This document shows positions 44,709-60,953 of a stretch of 64,000 bases of DNA, piece by piece (the first letter of the stretch is position 1; the number at the start of each line of letters is the position of its first letter). A program made the translations under genes and the position numbers. Source of the DNA: the human T2T-CHM13v2.0 reference genome, Homo sapiens; assembly GCF_009914755.1 (NCBI RefSeq), contig NC_060930.1; one strand, given 5' to 3'. The notes beneath the pieces were generated by a model. It had not been told where the DNA came from. It saw only the letters and a list, made by a program, of their open reading frames with translations, and ran no database searches.

Positions 44709-45795
44709 TATTTATATTTCTTTGTTTTTTTTTTAGACAGGGTCTCACTCTATCTCCCAGGTGGGAGTGCAGTGGCGAGATCATGGCTCACTGCAGCCTC
44801 AACCTCCCAGGCTCAAGTGATCCTCCCACCTCAGCCTCCTGAGTAACTGGGACTACAGGCCACGCCATCACGCTTGGCTAATTTTTGTATTTTGTGTAGA
44901 GAGGGGTTTTGCCATGTTACCCAGGCTGGTTTTGAACTCCTGAGTTCAAGCAATCTGCCCACCTCACCCTCCCGAAGTGCTGGGATTACAGGTGTGAGCC
45001 ACCGCCCCGGCCAATATTTATATTTCTCAGACGCATCCTCTTTTTTCCATGTTCACTTGTGCAATTTTAGTTGATGTCCTTCTTCTTTCCTGGACTATTG
45101 GAATAATTTCCTTGTTCCAGTGTCAGTACATCCAATTCACCCATCCCCTCCTTGCTTCTGGAGTGCTCTTTCTAAATACAAATAGGCTAATGACATACTG
45201 CTTTTAAACTTGTTTAGCACGCTATTTCACACCTTCAAGATGAAAGTCAAATTCATTAGATTGGTGGATAAAGTCCTTCCCAATCCAGTCATTTCTTCAT
45301 CTCCAGCCACGCCACACTACCTGCCACTTCTTGCACAGAGCAATCTGCCTTAGCCTCTTGGTCTTGCACTCTTGTATGTTCGGTTACTTCTGCCTGGAAT
45401 GCCTCTTTCTTATTCAATCAGGAAACTCTCATAACAGGTGTGTGTGTCTGACATTAAGTGTCACCTCCTTAGCATACATCTTGGATTTACCTCCCTGAAA
45501 TCCAGGGGTGAAGGAGTCGGGGGTCTTTTTCTATTCATTGCCTTCAACTGAGCATACTTGCAGGGTGTGTTAATTCCTTGGCACTTTAGGTCTTCCCAAA
45601 ATGCAGGCAGAGCAGGCTCTGGTGGACGAAGATAGCTGATAATGCAAATAACTTCAGGTGCCGGCAGTTGGAAGTTGGCCCAATGTGCAGAATGTTCTGT
45701 TCAGGGGCATGTGGGCTTGGCCTAACAGATCTGTTATAGCCCTAATATCATACTGTTGTTGGTTTTTCAATCAATGCACAAAGTTGGAAAGATAT

Positions 45796-46058
45796 AGAGC
45801 TGACCCTGAACAACAGGGGTCTGAACCAGTGTGGGTCTACTTATATGCAAATTTTTTTCAATATATACAGTTGGCCCTCCATATCAGTGGGTTCCACAAC
45901 TGAAACCAAGAATAGGTGGAAAATACAGTATTCTTGGGATGCCAATGGTCATATCCACAGGTTCCACAGGGCCAACTGTGGGATTTGAGTATATGTGGAT
46001 TTTGGTGTATACGAGAGGTCCTGGAACCAATCCCCCATGGATACCAAGGGATGTCTGT
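45796..46058 (+). mobile_element. Tigger-family non-autonomous element
   Basis: CTGACCCTGAACAAC start; GGAACCAATCCCCCATGGATACCAAGGGA end. Confidence 0.6.
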
Positions 46059-46781
46059 AATTTTATTTACAAAAAGAATGCAAATTCTTGACAGACTAAA
46101 AATGAGAATGAAACTAACAAAATTAGGAGGGGGAGGAGAAAAGACGAGAAAGTAAGAATGTACCAATTCCTCACCTCTCCTAGTAGGGAGCCAATATACA
46201 GTGTGTAAAATTTAATAAATAATGATTTAGGTAAACAACCTAAAGTCATGAAAGCTTCTAGCAAAACTAAAAGTAATACAATTTTTTAAATTAGGAGTTA
46301 AGAATAAGTTTTTGTCCCTTTGAAGGATTTTCAGCTGGTGAGTCAAGATGTATATGTACAGTATTTAAGGTTATAATGAAAAGAACCAGAAGAACTAAAA
46401 CCAGAAATTGTTAATTGCAGTTGGGTCTAGGATATGGTAACAGATAAGGTAGGTGGGTAGGTAGGTAGAGTAGCAGGGAGACCCTTACTTTTCTTTTAAT
46501 ATGTTCCCCCCTTTTGTTTGGATTTTTAACGATTATTATGCATTATTTCCATAACAAACAAATGGAAATAAAGTGTAGCTTAACTACAAAAAGTAACTTT
46601 TAGAACACCCTTAACAAATATTTTGTAGGAGTCAAATGAGGTAGGATCTATACGGTATGCATGAACATCAAAAAATGATCAGGACTTCTTAAGTCAAGTT
46701 AGTAAACTAAAAGATAATAGGCATAGGATCCAAATTACAGAGAGGGAGGAAGTATGTGTGTGTATGTAACATATCTATGTA

Positions 46782-49952
<3,171 letters not shown>

Positions 49953-50389
49953 TATAAAAGGTATTAATATGTCTGGAAAGAGATATGTTTCCAATTTAAC
50001 AGACACTACCAATGAGGAGAAGAGTTGGGCTAGGCAGGAAACTTCAAATTTTCCTTTTTTACTTTATATATTCTATTGTATCTCAACTTATAACCTGTGG
50101 ACCACGTTTATTAGAAGAAAATGCAGATTCCTGAAACTTCCTGCAGACCCCATGAGTGACAATCTCAGGGAGATGGAGTTCCAGAGTCTGCTTTTTTTCA
50201 TAGATGTTTCTTTGTCATTCCTGTGTATATCTGAGTTTCAGTAGCACTGCTAATCAATTGTTTGGGGTTCTCTCTCCTTCACCAGCATGTTCTTGCAAAA
50301 CTAACCAAACACATACAAAGCGCAAACAGTACAATAGTGCACTGCACCTTCATGACCCTTACCTGTTCCAGCCTCTTCCTACCTCTTCC

Positions 50390-52165
50390 ACATGTGATAT
50401 GTGTGTACATACCCACAGACAGAAACACAGAGACATGTTTGGAAGCCAGTGTGGATGCCCTGTGATCTGTGTGTACACATGACAAGTGCATACACACGCA
50501 CATAAAGGAACCCAGAGACGTGTTTGGAAGCCAGTGTGGACACCCTGTGATCTGTGCGTACACATTTGACACCTGCGTACACACTCACAGACAGAAACAC
50601 AGAGATGTGTTTGGAAGCCAGCGTGGATGCCCTGTGATCTCTGCATACACGTGACACATGCATGCACAGGCCCATACAGGAGCAGAGAGACACATTTGGA
50701 AGCCGATGTACGCCCTGTGATCTGTGCGTACACGTGACACATGCGTACACACCCACTGACAAGAACACAGAGACGTGTTTGGAAGCCAGTGTGGACGCCC
50801 TGTAATCTGTGTGTACACACGTGACACATGCGTGCACACCCACTGACAAGAACAGAGACCCATTTGGAAGCCAGTGTGGGTGCCCTGTGATCTGATCTGT
50901 GTGTACACATGTGACACGTGCATCCACACCCACTGACAAGCACACAAGAGACACATTTGAAAGCCAGTGTGGATGCCTTGTGATCTGTGTGTACACATGT
51001 GACATGGGCATATGCACCTACAGACAGAAACGCAGAGATGCATTTGGAAGTCACTGTGGATACCTTGTCATCTGTGTGTACACATGAGACACTTGCATAC
51101 ACACCCACATACAGGAACACAGAGACACGTTTGGAAGCCAGTGTGGATGTCCTGTGATCTGTGTGCACACGTTACACGTGTACACAACCACTGACAAGAA
51201 CATGGAGACACATTTGGAAGCTAGTGTGGACGCCCTGTAATCTGTGCATACACATGTGATACGTGTGTGCACACCCACTGACAAGAACATGGAGACCCAT
51301 TTGGAAGGCAGTGTGGATGCCCTGTGATCTGTGTGCACACATGTGACACGTGCATGCACATCCACAGACAGAAACACAGAGACACGTTTGGAAGGCAGTG
51401 TGGATGCCCTGTGATCTGTGTGTATACGTGACACATGCATGCAAACCCACTGACAAGAACACATAGATGCATTTGGAAGCCAGTGTGGACGCCATGTGAT
51501 CTGTGCCCACATATCACATGGCCGCTTTGGGATAGGGCCTGTCTGCCCATACTGGCTTCCAAACGCCTCTGTGTGTTCCTGTATGTGGGTGTGCACGTAC
51601 CTGTCACATGTGTATGCACAGACCACAGGATGTCCACACTGGCTTCCAAATGCGTCTCTGTGTTCCTGTCTGTGAGTTCCAAATGTGTGCACACCTACAG
51701 ACAGGAACATGGAAACACATTTGGAAGCCAGTGTGGACACCCTGTGATCTGTGCGTACACATGTGACACGTGCATGCACACCCACAGACAGGAACACAGA
51801 GACACATTTGGAAGCCAGTGTGGACGCCCTGTGATCTGTGCCCACACACATCACACGTGCATACACACCCACAGACAGGAACACAGAGACACATTTGGAA
51901 GCCAGTGTGGATGCCCTGTGATCTGTGTGTACACGTGACACGTGCGTACACACCCACATACAGGAACACAGCCACATTTGGAAGCCAGTGCAGACGCCCT
52001 GTGATCTGTGTGTACACATGTGACACGTGCGTGCACACTCACAGACAGGAACACAGAGACGCATTTGGAAGCCAGTGTGGACATCCTGTGGTCTGCGCGT
52101 ACACATGTGACAGGTACGTGCACGCCCACATACAGGAACACACAGAGGCCTTTGGAAGCCAGCAT
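50390..52165. repeat. Minisatellite/VNTR, ~83-93 bp unit (typically 85-87), about 19 copies, interrupted by an inverted segment at 51520-51677
   Basis: Anchor TTGGAAGCCAGTGTGGA recurs at 50439, 50524, 50611 ... 51473, then 51721, 51808, 51895 ... 52152. Confidence 0.93.
52057..52162 (-). ncRNA. MIR3939: Annotated microRNA precursor mir-3939 (mature ~52080-52101, UACGCGCAGACCACAGGAUGUC), derived from the minisatellite
   Basis: Reverse complement of 52080-52101 matches the miR-3939 sequence as recalled; position ~1.5 kb upstream of CEP43 fits. Precursor ends approximate. Confidence 0.75.
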
Positions 52166-52189
52166 GGGCAGACAGGCCCTATCCCAAAG

Positions 52190-54200
52190 CGGCCGGCAGG
52201 CGTCTCCTAAGAATGGTTCTCGGACACACCTCTGAAAGGAAAATACAACTCGGCACCGCAGTTGACTCGGCCAAAGGAAAAAAACTTAAGCTGAAAGCTG
52301 AGGCCTGCCCGAAGGAGCCTTTCCTGTGGCGCCTGAGCCGAGGGCTTCAGGGAGAGGGCCGCGCATCGCAGCGCAGCTGCCCGTCTTCCCGTGGCTTCCC
52401 TACGGCCGCGGCTCCCGCTGCTCCTTTCCGCCGGCCACGCGGGTCGCACGACCTTCCCCTCCCGCCCACCCTGAGGCGCTGAAGCCCTCGACGCCGGCCT
52501 CGGGAAAGGCGCGGCCACCGCCCGTTTCGGATTCCCGTTTCCTTCCTCCAGGCGCGTCCTTCACCGTGGCCAAATCAGCCTCTCAACTGCTGGAGCCCGG
52601 CCTCGGACACTTCTCGGCTTACGCCGCCATACAGTGGCGCACCCCGAAACCCCGGAACCGACAGCTCGGCTGGCCTTGCGCACCCACACTCTCCAAGGCA
52701 GGGCTCGGTCCGGGGGCTGGTTTTGCCAAGGCGAGGGGCGAGGGGCAGCCCAGGCGGCCGGATGGATACCAAGAGGGCGCGTCAGCTCCGGCGGGACGGG
52801 GCTTCCAGGACCCGGGAGGGGTCCAGGACTCCCCGCCGGCGCCTGGCTGTCGGCGGAGGGCCGCGGGGCAGGAGGGAGTGGAGACTGCGGCCCCAGTTCG
52901 GGCAGCGCGGAGCCCACCCAACGCCCTCCTCGGCCCTCGGCTCTTCCTGGGGCCATCCCGCCCCTGCACCTCGGCCTGGCACCTTTCCGGTTAGCCTCGG
53001 AGGCCGTGGCCGAGCAGGGTGCGTTCGCCTGGCTGGGGGGCCTCAGAACGTTATTTCCGGGTGACAACCTGCAGGGCCTTCCGCCCCTCGCGACCTCTCG
53101 GGAGTCCCTTCCCCGGCGCCCCCCCGGGGCTGCAGGGGCTGCAGGTTCGGTCTCGGGGCCTCCTTACCGCAGTCCGCCCGGCTTTAGGCTAGTGGGCTTT
53201 AACTACGTCGATAATATGACTCCGGCGATCTTGTGCGGCGATGGGATGCGGCCGTGGGCGGTGGAGTCCAGGCGGAGTCCGCTCTCCACACGCGAGGGCG
53301 CCTCCTCCTCACCGCTCGCCGGCTTCAAAGCTCGCGCCTCAGGCGACGGCAGCCAACGGGTTGCCGGCTGGAGGCCCCGCCGACGCCCCGCCCCTTGCGT
53401 GCCCACCCGCGCCCCGCAGCCCCGCCCCCAGCGCCGACCCTAAGTTTCGGCGCTCAGTGGTCCGGCGCTCCCCAAGGCTCGGTGTCCAGCGTCAACCCCG
53501 AGGTCTCTATGCCCCGCCTCCCGACGCCAGGGGGCAGGGCCAGCGCGCTGCGCGTCGGGGCGGGGCTTTGGCTGCGTCGGCCGCGTAGCCCGCGCGCGGA
53601 GCGTACCCTGCTGCGGCCGTTGGCCGTTAGCGCGGCTTCGGCGGTTGTCTTGGAGAAGCAAGATGGCGGCGACGGCGGCCGCAGTGGTGGCCGAGGAGGA
53701 CACGGAGCTGCGGGACCTGCTGGTGCAGACGCTGGAGAACAGCGGGGTCCTGAACCGCATCAAGGTGAGGCCGGAGGCTGGGGCCGGGCCTGGCGGATCC
53801 GCAGGGCTTGCGTGGACAGCGGGCGTCACAACGGTCGCGGCGAGGAGGCCGCCTCCCTGGCGAGGGACCGGGGCCGGCGGGCACTGGGGGCGCGCCCCGG
53901 CATGGCCTCCGTCCTGCCCGCCCCACAGAGGGGGTCGGCTCGTTCGTTCGTGTGGTCCCGGAGGGCACCGCGGACTGGGGGTGCCTGGCCCATCCCCTGC
54001 CTCATTCCGTGGGGGCGGGACCGCGGGGCTTGGGGGCCACACGGGCGGCCCGCAGCTGGGCCCTGGAGTGCGGCCCCAGCGTCTCTTCCTCAGGCTCGGG
54101 CATGATCCGCGGCGGGAAAGCAGCGCGTCCAGCCGAAGCCTGGGGGTCGGAGAGCTTGTGTGACTGAGAACGTTTCGGAAGGCGTTTCTGACCTTTGCAC
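52190..54200. promoter_or_regulatory. CEP43: CpG island / promoter of CEP43
   Basis: About 2 kb of very high CpG density spanning exon 1; multiple GC boxes; YY1 consensus over the ATG. Confidence 0.88.
53663..53764 (+). CDS. CEP43: Centrosomal protein 43 (FGFR1 oncogene partner), coding exon 1 (MAATAAAVVAEEDTELRDLLVQTLENSGVLNRIK)
   Basis: AAG-ATG GCG ... ATC AAG|GTGAGG; 102 nt; matches the recalled FGFR1OP N-terminus. Confidence 0.97.
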
Positions 54201-54309
54201 CTGCCCTCCCAGCTCGTTGGCTTGCTCGTGTTTGTTGCTGGATAAATGTGAGCTTGTTGTGAAAATTGTCTTGAAATTATAATTTCCTGTTTCTTAACTT
54301 CTTTTTAAG

Positions 54310-54363
54310 GCTGAACTCCGAGCAGCTGTGTTTTTAGCACTAGAGGAGCAAGAAAAAGTAGAG
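54310..54363 (+). CDS. CEP43: CEP43 exon 2 (AELRAAVFLALEEQEKVE)
   Basis: TTTTTAAG|GCT GAA ... GTA GAG|GTATGA; 54 nt, in frame. Confidence 0.96.
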
Positions 54364-56264
54364 GTATGAAGTTTCCAGATTTTAACATGGCTGTATTCGT
54401 TAATACTTAATTTCTTATTCATTAAAAACCGTCTTAAAAATAGTTTATAGTAACATATAGCTAGGGATAATTTTGAACTGTTAAGGATTACATTACTATT
54501 GAGAGAGAGCCAAAATTATTCTTTTTTCGTGTAGCTTTTGAATTTGGGGGTAATCTTAAGGTACCACAGTAACTCTGATACTAATGCTTAATCTGAAACA
54601 AATGGTCATAGGAGTTTCTTGAAGAAATGGTGCCATTGTCAATGTGTTAAGTGCAGGTTCACTCAGATCCTTTAGTAAGCTAATATGTTATTAATCCCTA
54701 TGAAACGGGGTATATAGTATGCAACTTTTCCCAAAATTATCTGACCACTCAATTATTTTGACAATGAAAAAGACAGCGATTATTTTAAAAGTGCAGCCAC
54801 TACTCTATATTTAAGTGGGTAATTTAACTTTTTCGGAGTCCCACCAACCATCCTGAGTAAATATTCTGGAATTTGTCAACAAGAATAGAACCATCATCAA
54901 AGCCTTAAACTCTTGCTGTATGACAAATCAGTCTACTGTCCTCTCACTTCTTTAGACCTGTATACCTAATCTCTAATTTCATCAAAATCTTCAGTTCTTT
55001 GCCCTTTCCATGTCTGTGCAGGCATCAGTCTTCTCTTGGCAGCATTTTGCTCTGGACCCTATGGGTCTGGACCCCTAATTACCTTGCCTTAACGGTCATA
55101 CGTGGTCTGGAAGAAATCTCAGTGGTCATTTAACCCAGCAAACTAACTCTTCCCACTTTGCACATATGTGCTCTTGGAGAAGAGTCAGTCAATCCTGTGG
55201 ATTGCTGATGTTGCAAATTGGCAGGTACCAACCTGGTTAGGTCCTGAGCAGGCCCAGCAGCTCTCTTCTTCACCCTAGCTGTGCAGTAGCCTTCTATGTC
55301 ACCCCTGCTTCCTTCTCTCTGAACACATGGTCTTGTTGCTTCCTCCACAGGGAAGGTAGAAGCCATTAGATCCTAACTTTATGTCCTCCTCTCCTGTCCC
55401 TCAATCTATTGCTCACCTGTGAAAATGCTTACCTGTGTCTATATTTATCTGTACCTCTTTCCTTACTGCTTTAGAAGAAGAGGCTCTGTCCTGTCCAAGA
55501 ATAATCACTCTGTCTTGTGTATACTTTCAAGTCTTTAATTATTTACTGTATCTTTGACCCCTTCCTTTTCTGATGGCTTTTCTTTTGAGCTTGAAAACAT
55601 GTTTAAATAACTATTAGGAGTAAACTGTTTTCCTTTACTCACATTCTGCTTTTAATACCGCTGTGGTTTTTTTCCTTCACAACCTGGTTTTGACCACTCC
55701 TTGGTTTCTTTAGCATGATCTTTTTCCTGTACACCTGACTGAGACTTATCCACAGTTGTCATTCTGTACTGTCTCACAGACTGACCTTATTCATCCAGTA
55801 ACTCCAGCCCTGTAACTTTCATGCATGTTTCTTTCCCGAGCTTCAGACCTGTATGTTAAACTGCCCACTGTATTATGCCCTTAATGGGACCATCATTTAT
55901 CTGGCAAGAAATCTAAGCGTTTCTTAGGCCTTGCTCTTCTTTCCACCTGCTCAGCCATCACCTGGCTCTGTGTCTGTCAGGTGTGTATCTGAAGTGTCCC
56001 CAAGGGAGTGCTCTGCTGCCTCCTTTGTGCTTGTTTCTTCTTTTCCAGATTGCCTTATCCCCTTCCTACTTGCCAGTCTCCGTTTCCGTGGTGTCCCTCA
56101 CCATCTCCCTGAAGTCCTTTTTCCACATTGCTCCTAGATTGGCTGTTTATAGTACACATCTGATCTTGTCCCTCCATTCTCTTAAAATATTTCAGTTGAC
56201 TCACTATCTTAGAATTCCCTGAACCAGCCTACCAACTACCTTGAGGATCTCTCCTCTCCTTGTC

Positions 56265-56880
56265 TTTTATTTTAACAACTTTATTGAGGTAAAATTGACC
56301 TATAGTAAAGCTAAAGTATTTAATATGTACAATTTGATTTTTAATAGTTAATTTATGCAGCTGTGAAATGATCATCACAATCAAGGTACTGCGCATATCC
56401 TTCAAACTTTTGACCTTCAAAAGTTTTCCTTGTGCCCCTTATGTAACCCTCTCCCCCACCCCAAACCTTTTTAAGAATTATATAAATGGAATCGTATAGT
56501 AGGTACTCTTTTTTTTTGGTCTGTTTCTTCAACATAATGCATTTGAAATTCATTCATGTTGTGGTATGTATTAATAAATCATTTCATTAATACATTGTAC
56601 AGATATGACAGTTTAGCCATTACCTGCTGACAGACATTTAGGCTGTTTCCAGTTTTTGAGTATTACAAATAAGGTTTCTGTGAACAGTCACATACAAGTC
56701 TTTGCTTGGATCTGTGATTTCTCTTGAGAAAATATGTAGAGGTGAAGTGACTAGGTCACATGCTAGGAATATTTGTGACTTTTAAGAAACACTACCAAAT
56801 TGCTGTCCAAACTCGTTATGCCATTTTGCATTCCCATCAGCAGTGTATGAGGCTGCCACTGTAGCAGCAATTAATGTGGT
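56265..56880 (-). mobile_element. Old L1M 3' fragment in CEP43 intron 2
   Basis: CTTTATTGAGGTA, AATGGAATCGTATAGTA, TTTGCATTCCCATCAGCAGTGTATGAG motifs. Confidence 0.65.
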
Positions 56881-57443
56881 CTTAAGGAAGCTTACCATGT
56901 GCTACCTACTGTAGCCTCTTCTCAGCAACAATCACAGGCTTGATGGTCTAGAAGTATTTTTTCCATACTTATTCAAATAAATGTATAATTACAAAAATAA
57001 GTTGGCCTATGGGCCGCATAAGATCATCTCACATTTCATGGATAAACTGGGAATTACAAGTGTATAATTAAATTCCTGTTCATAGTAAGTATGCTATAAA
57101 TGGTAGATACCTGAGATGACAAAACTTTTATCAAACTTCATGTATTTGAAATAATAAACAGTTGTTGACATTTAATTGTATTTCACACAGGTATTTGAAA
57201 ATATCTAGCTTCAAAAGCAGTTTATAAAACATTTAAAAATTAAAAATACAAATCTTCATATATGGTTTTGTTATATTAACTTTGAGAAATTACTAAATAG
57301 CACAAAGTAAGTCCTGTAGTAATTAACAGTTGTAGAATGGATTTTGTAAAACCATAATTTTATCAATGAAAACGTTAAACTTTATATTTTGTAGTTGTTT
57401 TTAGGGTAAACACATGACACTTAAATTTTTTTTTTTTTAACAG

Positions 57444-57498
57444 AACAAAACTCCTTTAGTTAATGAGAGCCTGAAAAAGTTTTTAAATACCAAAGACG
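57444..57498 (+). CDS. CEP43: CEP43 exon 3 (NKTPLVNESLKKFLNTKD-G)
   Basis: poly-T AACAG|AAC AAA ... GAC G|GTAAGA; 55 nt. Confidence 0.96.
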
Positions 57499-57973
57499 GT
57501 AAGATGTTCAGTTTGTTCTTGTTTATCTATCTCTGAATTTTTGAATCTTGATACCATTTGGGAGAAATCAGGAATTTCAGGGCTTTTTTTTTGTCTTCAA
57601 TTGTTATAGGTCCTCATTTTAAAATAATATTTTATTGTACAACAATCGTGTTGCTATTACATATTTTTGGATTTGGGATGTTGTTGCTTAAAGCCAGTTT
57701 TACTACAAAAAGCCAATATTAACCATTAAAAAGCGAAACACTGAAATCTATGAGATGATTGTCTTACAGTTAGTTACAGACTGATGATCCCAGTGAAAAA
57801 ATCAGGAGATTGAGATTTTCATTACTTAATCATATTATTCAAAGAGGAAATTTGTAACTTAAAAAATTTAGAAACCTTTCTTCCATTAATTTAGTGTATC
57901 TATTTCATAATGTTAATTTAAAAAATTCAGTTTTTGAAGATTTGCTTACTTACCTTTTTCTTGATCTTTATAG

Positions 57974-58062
57974 GTCGTTTAGTGGCTAGTCTTGTTGCAG
58001 AATTTCTTCAGTTTTTTAACCTTGACTTTACTTTGGCTGTTTTTCAACCTGAAACTAGCACA
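57974..58062 (+). CDS. CEP43: CEP43 exon 4 (RLVASLVAEFLQFFNLDFTLAVFQPETST; LisH motif)
   Basis: TAG|GT CGT TTA ... AGC ACA|GTAAGA; 89 nt; phase matches exon 3. Confidence 0.96.
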
Positions 58063-58514
58063 GTAAGAATAATGATTTTTACATCTATCTTTTGAAACCT
58101 TTGATACAAATGAGTTAATATTAAGCTGAAAGTTAATAGAATTTGACAACTGATAGTTTTTTACATTTAGATTATTTTTGGTAGTTGATTATCTGTTTTT
58201 CTTAAAAGCCATATGAGCTTTCAGATAGCTGGCACCAGTGTTGCTGCTTTGTGTTACTTGAAAGCTTGCTAATAAAAGTGTTACTATAGAGTTAATTTTG
58301 ATACGATGTTAGATTGCACCTGTTAATGGAAACGTTGAAGGTAGAGGCTCTGTAAAAGAAATAGGCATAATTTTTTAAAATAGACATTTCATTCATTAGT
58401 AAGACAGTCTCTTTGAGTTTAAAGATGTCTTTAAACTCTGAAAATATCTTCTTTACTCCTTGAGAATAACTTCTGCTATTTTTTTGTGCACTTGTATTTT
58501 AACTTCTTTTCTAG

Positions 58515-58652
58515 CTGCAAGGTCTCGAAGGTCGAGAGAATTTAGCCCGAGATTTAGGTATAATTGAAGCAGAAGGTACTGTGGGTGGACCCTTATTATT
58601 AGAAGTGATCAGGCGCTGTCAACAGAAAGAAAAAGGGCCAACCACTGGGGAA
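58515..58652 (+). CDS. CEP43: CEP43 exon 5 (LQGLEGRENLARDLGIIEAEGTVGGPLLLEVIRRCQQKEKGPTTGE); gene continues beyond the right edge of the window
   Basis: TTTTCTAG|CTG CAA ... GGG GAA|GTAAGT; 138 nt. Confidence 0.96.
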
Positions 58653-60485
58653 GTAAGTAGAATTCTGTGTTATCTTTTTCTATTTTAATTATTGGCTGCT
58701 TAGTTTAGCCATGCAGATTAGTGCATATATAGTAAATTAAGGTTTTCATACTAGAAGATATTCCTTAAAAACAAAATGAGATGCATTCAGATTGTATCAA
58801 TGCAAATTTTAATGAAAATTAGGAATGTGCTGACTGTGATTCTGTGGCATATCTGTTCTGGTTTTTGATCCTCAAGAGTGTTGGGTCATGAGCTAAACTG
58901 TCTGGAACAAATCCCAACTCCTCGTTGCCTCACTTGATCCTCCATTCATTCCATACTGTGTATGAAGTGGGCTCTACCAGGCCCTACCTTGGTGTTCTGA
59001 GGCTTCTCTGCATAAGCCAACAGAAGCACTCAACTTGCTATTATTTTTATTAAAACATCTTATTTAAATATAAAAGGGCTGATTTATAGGATAGTTAATA
59101 AATTTTTGGACTTAAAGGCCTCTTTAGGCTTAAAACTAAGCTGTTGATTTTGCTTTACGCTGTTTAGAAACAGTTCAAACTTACACTTTTTTGATCAGTA
59201 GTACTTTTCATACTCTTAACCTTTTTTTAGAAATTGTGCTAATGAGATTAATGATATAATTTTATTTTCATACATTAATTTTACATGAAGATACTCTGTT
59301 TTATAGATACAGGTAACATCTGTAACTGTTCCAGATATTTGATTAAATGTGAGCTTTTAGTCAGAAATTTATAGGTAAGAATGTGGAGGGCTGTATAGGT
59401 TTCCAGTTATTTTCTTTGGTGAGTCTCAGAGGATGTTTTCTATTAGAATTTTTGAAAATTGATAAAGCTTGCCTGAGTACTAATTATGTGTAAGGCATGG
59501 TAAATAGACTTTGTGGGTACTATAAGATAAAATATAAGAAACTTCTGTGTCTCTGAATAGCGCAGAGCTATTTAAGATAAAATGTGCTCAAATAAGGAAA
59601 TTAACATTTAAATAACAGTTTAAGATTATGGAGGAATTGTCATTTAACACATTATTTCCAACCATATTATGAATAGTTTAGAGGAGGAAGCGATTGTCAC
59701 ATGCCAAAATTTTATTGAAGTCAATTTTAAAGTGAGAGTAGGATGTCAGTTGTGGGGCGAGGATTGGGAAGGGCTTTCCGAGAAGTTGGAACGGTGCCAG
59801 CCAAGCGTGGGAGCAGGAGAGCATAGCCAGATCCCAGGCTGGCTGGGAGTGAGGCGGCTCACCCAGAACGCAGGTTGTCACTTCAGCTTGTGCATATAAT
59901 TTCATTCCTTCATTTATCAATATCCAGCAAGCTTTTATTGTGCGCTTATTTGATAGATACTGTGCTGGGTACTGGGCAATCAAAAACAAACTAAAGAACC
60001 CAGTCTCCTGGGGCCAGCAGTCTGTAGGTCATGATGACCTCTCTTTATTGGCTTTCCCCTCTCGGCTTCTGTGGCCCTGAAGAACTCTCTTCTCTTTCTA
60101 ACTGCCCTTTCATTTTCTTTTCTGTTTAGTAGTTGTGCTTTGGCTCACCTCATTGCAGTGGTGTTTATGCATATTTTTCTGTCTAGATTGATCTTTCTTC
60201 CTTAACATACCACTAGCATGGACTCTGGAACCAGGTTACTTGGGTGAAACCCCAGCTCTGCTACATTCTAGCTCTGTGAGCCTGCAGTCACTCAGCCTCC
60301 GTGTGCCCAGGTTCCTTATCTGCAACATGGAGATCACAGAAGTATCGCGCCTACAGGTCTGGAGGGGGTCTGAGGAAGCAAGATGTGTGAAGCTTTGAGC
60401 ACAGTGCTTGGCACGGAGGACTCTGTGTGTTACTGTAGTAGGCATCAGTGGATTCAATTAACTGCGAATTGAAAATATTCGGATA

Positions 60486-60953
<468 letters not shown>

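Noticed and set aside
50279-52235. Long Cys/His/Val-rich ORFs (up to 351 aa) on both strands
   Set aside because: They are translations of the stop-poor 86-bp minisatellite, open in several frames, with no true C2H2 or other domain pattern.
52207-54167. ORFs of 170-290 aa around the CEP43 promoter
   Set aside because: CpG-island artefacts; the 53645-54163 ORF is exon 1 read through its donor into intron 1.
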